Source: Podarcis muralis (taxonomy: Eukaryota). Taken from it: DNA of 64,000 bases. The DNA lies in contig NC_135657.1 in the NCBI RefSeq assembly GCF_964188315.1, forward strand, positions 71,300,001-71,364,000. The letters run 5' to 3'. Position numbers and translations under genes: made by a program. Below the pieces are notes generated by a model. It ran no database searches, was not told the DNA's origin, and saw only the letters and a program-made list of their open reading frames with translations. This document shows, piece by piece, positions 55,544 to 64,000 of this stretch (position 1 is the stretch's first letter; every line of letters starts with the position of its first letter).

Positions 55544-58500
55544 TAGTCTCAAATTTTGCCAAATGACCCATCCACTGGGGAGGATCCAGTTCAACATGAC
55601 CCAAAATTGATTGACAATGCCGAACAGCAGAGGCTCATTCCAAGACAATTTCAATGCAGGACTGGTGGAGAACAGAAGAGAGCAGTTATACATATCCACA
55701 GAAATCATTCCACCTCATTGTTTGGTATCAGCTATTCCATCTCTATCAATATTGGCAAATGTATGCAAGCTCCAGAAGAAGGCAGCATGTCACAAGAGGA
55801 CGTATGGTGTTATGAAATCAGACAAAGGCCTTGAGGGGGTAAACAGTACTTTGCTAAGAATCCGTTCTGCTCCACTTAGATGCTCAATCATACGCACAAT
55901 TGTTTATATGAGGCACAAGGTGTGATCCACATACAAGTTAATGACATAATTCCAACTCATATTGAAGAATCTGGTCTTCATCTCAAAACATGAAGCAAGC
56001 TGTTACTTCATACCCCACATGCCTCTTTCTGAAAATATGTGCACCAGTGTATCTGATAAAAGAGGATCAAAATGTATATTAAGTTGTCTTCAGATGTAAA
56101 ACTATGGGTGAATAAATTGTTATTGTTTAAATAAATGACACAATTTTCTTTCTACAATGTTGTCTGTGTATGTTATTTATGGGTGGATGGATCTATTGGA
56201 TCCAAACTTGTGCAAATATGCACTCTTTCTAAGAAGTCTTTTCCATAGACCATATCTCATATCTCATTTCACCTTAAATGCACACCATCATCTGGAACCC
56301 AACTTGACTGATATTCAAATATGGTTGACAAATTCAAGTGAGCAGTGGACTGCATAATCTACATATGCATTTGCAAAGCAATAAATATAGCAGCATCCAG
56401 GTACTAAGAACAACAATAATAATAATAGCAAATTCTAAAAAGAGCTAAAGGAGCAAATTAAGGCGAGCAAACTTATCCTACTCTTACAAGGTGCACTGCT
56501 AGGAACTGCTTTTATACTTTCAAAGAGGTAGGAGGAATAAGTATCAACTGCACACCATAATTAGAAGCCTCTACATACCACACCAACTTCCCTTGTCACA
56601 AATTTTTACCAGCATAACATATCACTGTAACAAAGTGGATGTCCCCAATGTTATAGGATTTAGGATCCAGCAGCAGCAGCAGATTGGGTTATGCCGTTCT
56701 ATCTACCTGTCCCACATCTCCAAAATGACCCCTTATGGGTGCTCCTGCACCAGGTGGGAACTCTTCCATTGATCTGACAGCTGTCACATTTCACTCTTAA
56801 TGTTAGTAAGCAGGGCAATTTTAAACTTTTCATATATTTCCAGTTCCCTTATTCAAATGACTAGTGATTATGTTTCTCCTCTCCAAAGCGGTAGCAACTC
56901 CATTTCATAGTCTAGAGGCTCCTAATATTATGAAACACAATTAAGGCATTCGATTTGACAACAGGGCATCCAGCTACAGGCCCTGCGGACTGTTTCATTC
57001 ACTTCCCCCCTGTTATTATATGATTAAATGTTCTCATGGGTACGAAAGCTACTTATCTACTCTTACTAAATATCCAATTAGGAGACCTACTCTTTTCCAG
57101 TCAACGAATAGCCACTGCTATCCCAAATGGCCATTATAGGACAGTACCATATACTTTGAGGTACTATGTATGTGGAAGTGGGATTCTTAAAGACCTGCTG
57201 CATCATTTGTACAATGTTCATTATGGAAAGATCAAAGTATCTCAAATACTTTCTATGCTAGGTAGAAAGGATTATTGGTCAAACCTCCAAATGTTTGAAT
57301 TACTTTGCTCACTAACAGGGGGGCAAGCTATTATGGAGATCCTGCAAATGTACAGAAAACAATTTTTTACTGCATCAGTGTTTGGTCACAAATCATCTTT
57401 TTTTGTTCTTTTGGGAGTTTTGCAGCTTTTATTGCTAAGATCTGTGGTCTAAAAACAAATTAGATTCAATTCTTTGTACTTGAAAGCTCTAGAATACAAA
57501 ATATACATGCTCAGCATCATTTCTGGATAGTGCCTTTATGTTTAAATTATGAGTCGCCTTTGCCTATAGAATACATAGGTGGTGATGGGCAGAGAGCTGG
57601 CTCCTTTCTCAGTCGTCACTTATGACTATTTTTTACAAGGGATGGGTGGGAATACACAATTTATGCATGGCGTGCTGCTTACATATAGGGCCCATGTTCA
57701 TGTTGTGCTCCCAAAGACGAAATGTAACCTAACAAAGCAATCCCGAGAAGTTAATTCTAACACCCTGTCAACTTGAAATTATATTAGCAGAAATCAGGAA
57801 GACTCTCACTAAATCACATAACCACATGTGATCACCTTGTTCTTCAGATTGGGAAAGCCAGAAGCTATTCTGTTGGCTTTAATAAAATAAAATGTGTGGC
57901 AAGCCCTAAACATATCCAAATGGAAAGCAATAACAAGTAGGTTATTTTCATGGTGCATGTTTCTGCATGTCCCCAGATTCCCTGATTTGGCAAACTACTT
58001 TCAAGTAAACACTCCCGAAAAGAATGAATGGGAAGGGCAATTGGAATGAAGGACTCTGGTTGCAGGGTTCTAATGAGAAAAACAACAGGACCTGTATCAG
58101 TTCCAGTTTTGTTCTTTCGAAGAGTTCCAAGCAGAGTGTAACAGCACCACTCTTCTGTATGGGAAAGCTGTTATATAAAATGAATATAAGCTATTATATA
58201 AAATGAAACAAACAAGACAACTACTGATAGAAAGCAAACTTCTTCTGCCACTCTGCAAAATGTTTACAGTGGTGGATAACACACTGTTTTTAACTGGATT
58301 TGTATATGATAAACGGTTGGAGAAAAATGCTACATACAATCAGAGATTCAGTCTATAGACTTTCAATCTTTGGGAGAAAAATTAATGGCTGACTGAAGAA
58401 TTTCACTCAGTATGTGTCTTGTTTTTGTTGATGTGGACACAGTTATCCTGAATTACTTGAAAATCCAATGTCATGCCTCCTTTTGTCATTGATCCAAAAG

Positions 58501-59560
58501 TCTCCCTGTGTAGGGTTACCCAGAAGCAAAAGTGGCAACTTAGAAGACTTTTAAAACATGAAAACAGATTTAAACAAACAACAGCAGCTTATGCAAAAAC
58601 AAACACCATTCAATACTTTTCTGCATGTAAAAACATAGCTGATTGATTTCTAAGGGATATCCGCTAAAAGGTCTGAGTTTAAACCTCTTTACAAGTGCAA
58701 AACATGAATCCTCTATGTTCAATGTTAAGCTTGCTTCTTTTTTAAACAGAACAGAGATTAATCATGGGACTTGAGAGACTCGTGAACATTCTTCTGGTAA
58801 TGAAACACCATTGTGAAGTTTGTCATTTCTTTTGTCAAGTTGTTAATAAATGACTCGGGATATTAAGTAGCTACATTATGTTTACACCAAAATTAGCAAC
58901 TCTAGCTAAGTGCTTCAGATCGACAATGATAAACAGTAGCTATTATTCCAATATCTGAATGCAGAAATAAAACCATGGGTCACAACTCATGGCACAGTAA
59001 GATAGTCAGCCCTTGATACGCAGGTTATAACTGCAGAGTCGCGTGATCTGTTGAAATGCAGTTTCATTCTTGAAAACAACTGGAAAACATTTACATTTTA
59101 TATTTTATTCCCTGCTCCCCCACCCCACTAAAAACTCCTCCCATTGTTCACTTTCACTGAAACCAGCAAAGCTACCTATTTCTCTGCCCCCATACATCCC
59201 AAGAGAGAGAGGCTTTCCTCCTCTCCGGAGAGTCAAGCCAGCAACAAAGATAATGGAAGCCAGTTTGACCTAACCCTCTCAGGAAGCAATCCCCAGTACA
59301 AAGAGACAGACAGATTCTTCAGAGCTTCTATGTTTGGTTGACACAACTTAGCTCTACAGATATTCTACCCTCAAACACGTATATTGAATATGGGGAGGAA
59401 CTGGGCATTTAGTGTTAATGTGAAAGGATTGTGCATGAGATGGGCCCTTCCACATGCTTGGGGACTACAACAGGCTCAGGGTTCCCAGTTGTGAGAAAGA
59501 GATCTGTGCACATACAGAACTCTCTCATAAATGCTAAACACTGGGCCACAGGAGGATGTC

Positions 59561-59720
59561 AGGCCACATCCGCACTCAATATTTAAAGTGCTGTGATACC
59601 ACTTTAACAGTCATGGCCTCCCCCAAAGGCTCTTGGGAAGCGTAGTTTCACCACCCTTGACAAAGTTTGGTTCCCAGGATCCGGTAGGGGAAGCTATGAG
59701 TGTTAAGGTGGTATCATGGG
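59561..59720. mobile_element. Decayed palindromic MITE
   Basis: AGGCCACATCCGCAC...GATACCACTTTAACAGTCATGGCCTCCCCCAAAG ... GGGGAAGCTATGAGTGTTAAGGTGGTATC inverted arms. Confidence 0.6.
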
Positions 59721-61187
59721 GCAACATTCAGCAAAATATTTCCACTAGGTGCAAGGATAAGCACTAGAACAACAGAAATGCCCTTTTTCCTTGCTCTGCA
59801 TGTGCCCAGCACCATCCACAAATGGTGGGTTGGGGAGATGGAACTCAGCAGTTGGTGCAAGGGGAGAAGAGAGGGAGAAAAGTCAGTTGTGTTGAGCTTC
59901 AAATTTATAACGCAGATCTAGTCTCGGACTCTGGGGCAGTGCTAATAAGCACAGTTCTGCTCCCCTCATCACAAGTTCAGTTAATTCCTGAGGTGAGGGA
60001 AGGTGTCTTTTGATGAACCCTAAAATACTTCAGTTCACACCACACAGAAATATGCCTTGCTCCTCCTGTTCCCTGCTTATAGAACATTTCGAAATACGTT
60101 TACGTCCTAAAGGACAGAAAAACATACCTCAGCAGAAGGCGAATATCGACTAGGGCTGCAGTCCTAATGCCACATACCCGGCAGTAAGCCCTACAGAATT
60201 CATGTGTTAGGATTGCCGCTTAAGAGATGGAACTCAGCAGTTGGCCTCTTCATATGCAATCCAGCCCATATATTTTGCAAAACACTTAACAAAACATTCA
60301 GTGGGTGGGTGTTTACCCTCACATCCACCCTTTCGGGAAAGTCCCCAATTCCTACACTCTCCATGTCCTTTAGTCTCAGGTCCTAAAGGTGACATATCTT
60401 CCAACACAGAGCCCCCCATTTCTACTGGTGGGGAAGCAGCCTTTCTACATATAAGAAGCAGGGTGCACCTTCTGTTTACCCTAGCTACTAAGCAATGCTC
60501 GAAAATGTGTCAAGGTAATACATGCTACTTATCAAAATTGCTAATCACACCTCATTTCCTAGTTTAGACAAAAGGTTATAAAGTATAGCATGTGGTAACA
60601 GTCAGGCAAACATACACAAATAAAACAGCATGAACTCACAAAAGAAATGCATAAATGGAGAAAATGAGGCTTTTTATGGAATATATATAACATTTTGTTG
60701 GGTTCAGGATTAAGAGAAAATGGTCCTAAAGCGAGATCGGAGAAATCCTGACATACTGGGATTTCTAATGATTAACTATTTTATACTTTTTTTTTAGTAT
60801 TTATAGAGATCATCCCTCATGTTGCAGGGGATACGCTAAATTTCTCACCGTTACAAAGGCACGCTACCATTACACACATTTTTTACAATGACAATTTTTT
60901 TAAAAACCTTTCCCCCTAGGCATGTCAATGCACAGACATCATGGGGCAGATCTAAAACCATATCAAAAGCACACATCCTTAGAGTTCAGTTTATCAGGGG
61001 ACCCCACGCAACATGTTAAGAACTTATCAAGAGCCTGCCGGATGCCTCCAGCCTTGATAGAGGATGCCGTCTATCTTTGCTATGTTTGGGGAACCCGATA
61101 GTTCCAAGGCCCGATTAACATACTGAATGAAAGTGACATAACTCTTTAAGGGGCCTTCAAGTACTTAAATGCCCACTATAGCCTTAC

Positions 61188-61600
61188 TTATTGATTTATA
61201 TACCACTCAACTGCCAAGGTTTGTAAGCAGTTTATAAGTATACAACCAATTACAAAAAACACACACTAAATAAACAGGCATAATTAAAATAGATAATAAA
61301 ACAATTCCATCAAAACCTTAAAATAAACAGCTACAATTTAATTCAAATGTCCAATAAAACAAACCCATTAAAATAGCACAATTAAGAGTTTAAAAAAGCA
61401 ATTAAAAGAATTAAAAACAAGAGGTTCAGGTCAGGAAAATGCTTAGCTAAACAGATGTGTCTTCAGAAAGCCAATATCAATAGATCCTTCGTATTTCAGC
61501 AGGGAGAGCAATCCACAACTCTGGCACCACCAGTGAAAAGGCCTGCTTTGCGCTGCCACAAGCCAATAAGCCAGGATGAAACCAAGCAGGCTCCATGTAT
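61188..61600 (-). mobile_element. Old L2 3' fragment with long AT-rich UTR
   Basis: GGGAGAGCAATCCACAACTCTGGCACCACCAGTGAAAAGGCC is the reverse of the AFSxVAPxLWN region. Confidence 0.7.
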
Positions 61601-64000
61601 TGATCTTAATTGTCTTACTGGCAACGGAGACCATGACTGTATTTCAGGTAACCTGTCTATCATTCTAATCATTTTTATTTGTGTATGCCCATGGCTTATT
61701 TTAAACTAGTTTGACTACATAATGTATAGTTCATACTCTTCAATATTAATCAATGGGTCATTTTAACTTTCATGCACATACATGAGCACATGTGAATGAG
61801 CAACTAGGTAGTTCTACATTTATAGTCTACAAAATATTTATATACAGTTTAGTATCCAGTTACACTCAATCTTGGAACATATAATTAACAACAATAATCA
61901 CTTACATGGCACTTTCGGTACATGCTATAATCTCCTTCCGTTCTCTCTTTTTGATTTAAAGGCTATGACATTAAATTGGGGGGGTACCTAATTTACTTTT
62001 GATAATAAAATTATTTTAGGCCCCTTTCATGCCTCTCCAAAGAAAGGCAACTTAAAGCAGCATTGTGCAATAGCAACACACAGCCCTGGAGACACCACCA
62101 CAGAATAGTCCATCATGCTTCAAGTGGACAATGCGTAGGCTTCAACATTAGTGTATGCAGTGAGGAAGTAAAGAGAACTGTGGTCCCCCCACCCCATGCC
62201 TCACACATATGGGGGAAAACAATGAAATGGTTTGAGAATGAGAACTTAGTTCCTTTAGGGAACATCTCTCACAGAACACAGCACGGATTCATACAGCACA
62301 CTTGCTAGATTTGAAATGTCTGAAGCAGCCCTTAGCACCCAGTGGCACTGATTGTCACACAACGCTTAGATGCCTGGCTACATGTTCCAGCTGCTCCTGA
62401 CAGAAACTGGCTGCTTAGAGTCCTGAAGATCTCCTTTCAAGTAGCTTGGAGCACTAGCCCAACCTAACCTTTCCCCACCCTCCCAAGAAGGTAAAGGAGT
62501 TCCAAGAAAAATCAGAGGAGAACAGCTCCTTGCCCAGAGGAAAGAGTCAGTCTCCACCTTGCTTGCAGGTGGGCTCTTTAAAACAATCTGGTGTTTATTG
62601 GGGAAGCAGCAGAGAAGAGTTGTAATTTGCGAATTGACTGCATTTCACTGAATAAGACCAGAAGATTAAAAGAAGAAAGAATGAATGCAATTCCTCTCAA
62701 GGAAGCAGCTCCTTCCTACGCCTTTTGTTTTCCAAAGGTTCCTTTGCCTTCCTGGGAGGACAGGGAAAGGCAGAGGTAGAGTCTGAGCCGTTCTTCCATT
62801 GGTGACCCCTGCTTGTTGATGCCAGAACTAGGCAGTTGGTTGTAGCGGCCATTTTGTTTTCCACAATGCTCCCAATGTAGTGGTGATCCAGGGCGCTGTG
62901 GGAAATTTAAATGGTTGCTAAACACAACTTCCTGGTGATGCTCATAGTCCTGGACCAGGCGCTTTTTTTAATGTATTGCAGCAAGCCCTGCTGGAGCAGT
63001 GGGCCATGGCAGTTGCCCAAGGATACCAGGTACTAAAGCCATTGCTTCCAGCCTTCCCTGCCCATTGAGAGAAAGATCATCAGGTTTCTGAACAATCCGC
63101 CCACAGGAGCAGCTGTAATGTGTATCAAGCTCTAAAACAGCAGGAAATGAGAATTTAATGAATCTTTGGAGTGTTTCTATGTCCATAAGGAAAGCTACAG
63201 ACACAAAAAGGCCCTGAAAAAAAGCAGAGGGCTGTCCCACTGGGCCTCAGAATCAATCACACACAATCATTGAAATTAGGAAGAAGCACCTGGGCATCCC
63301 ATAGCAACAACTAAAGCCGCTTTTAACTGAAAAGCAAGACAATTCATGGAGAGAAGTGACATCGCTATGGAAAGAAGTCTTACATCACCAGAAGACATTT
63401 TAAAAGATACACATGTTTTGTTAAAACCCACATTTTTCAACATTTTGCATTTCCTACTGTCACACTACAACCCACTGCAATGGATTTTGGCAAATGTGTA
63501 GCAGCTCTTACACATCATGTGCAAAATAGATGGATGGCAACCAAGCTTCTACACTTGTTTAGGACATGTGGGCAGGGTGGGCAAGGGGGAATTTAATCAG
63601 TTTATTCAACTTTCAGAACCACTTCCTGTGTGTTCCTTAGAATTGTATGCCCTATGTTGCTCAATAATTTCCCATTTATTTCTCCTTCAAACTCTTCAAC
63701 ATTCAGTTCTAGAAACCGAGAGAAGAGTTTGCTTCTCCCAATGAAAACCTATTTGACTATTTCTAGGCTCAGCAACTAATCCATCCTTCAGTAAGAGAAA
63801 TCCCTGCAGCCCCACTGGCCAGAACCAAGTAAATTCATCTCATGGTTTTCTTACAGTGCCAGAGCTGCATTTTATCACCTTACAGACCGTAAGCTCTATC
63901 AGGCAGGGATTGCTCTCCCACCCTCCCTGATCATTCAGCATTGAGCCCACAGTTGCTGCTCCATACAAAGAACCATGACTCAGCATGGCCTGGAAGAACT

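Noticed and set aside
55556-55925. Overlapping 92-aa and 104-aa ORFs next to an L2 tail
   Set aside because: No recognisable motifs in either frame; weak resemblances to CR1 RT were not collinear.
1-64000. CRISPR arrays, rRNA, prokaryotic operons, named host gene
   Set aside because: The sequence is vertebrate; there is no regularly spaced repeat-spacer array, no rRNA-like tract, and no exon matched a protein I can name.

Overview
Vertebrate genomic DNA, CpG-depleted and intron/intergenic-like. The repeat content (Sauria SINEs, Squam2/Squam3-type SINEs, a tRNA-Lys/CR1-tail SINE, young L2 LINEs) points to a squamate, probably a lacertid lizard; this is inference. The only recognisable protein-coding region is an uninterrupted 1010-aa L2 LINE ORF2 (26146-29178, +; APE endonuclease + reverse transcriptase) with an intact 3' stem-loop and (TTA)n tail. 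The rest is unique sequence interspersed with about 45 transposon pieces (5'-truncated L2s, SINEs, hAT and Tc1/mariner-superfamily MITEs, Penelope-like and CR1 fossils, several nested) and microsatellites. I could not name a host gene, and I see no rRNA, true tRNA gene or CRISPR array. Best leads: (1) a chain of minus-strand candidate exons at 9.9-13.1 kb that splice into an orphan 93-aa ORF; (2) the potentially active L2 and an inverted copy of its 3' end just upstream; (3) a 3' stem-loop that covaries across several L2/SINE lineages in the window; (4) a divergent TATA/CCAAT promoter-like segment at 39.4-39.7 kb; (5) Penelope RT and hammerhead remnants. Exon and promoter calls are motif-based, were read by eye, and have a real chance-match rate in 64 kb.
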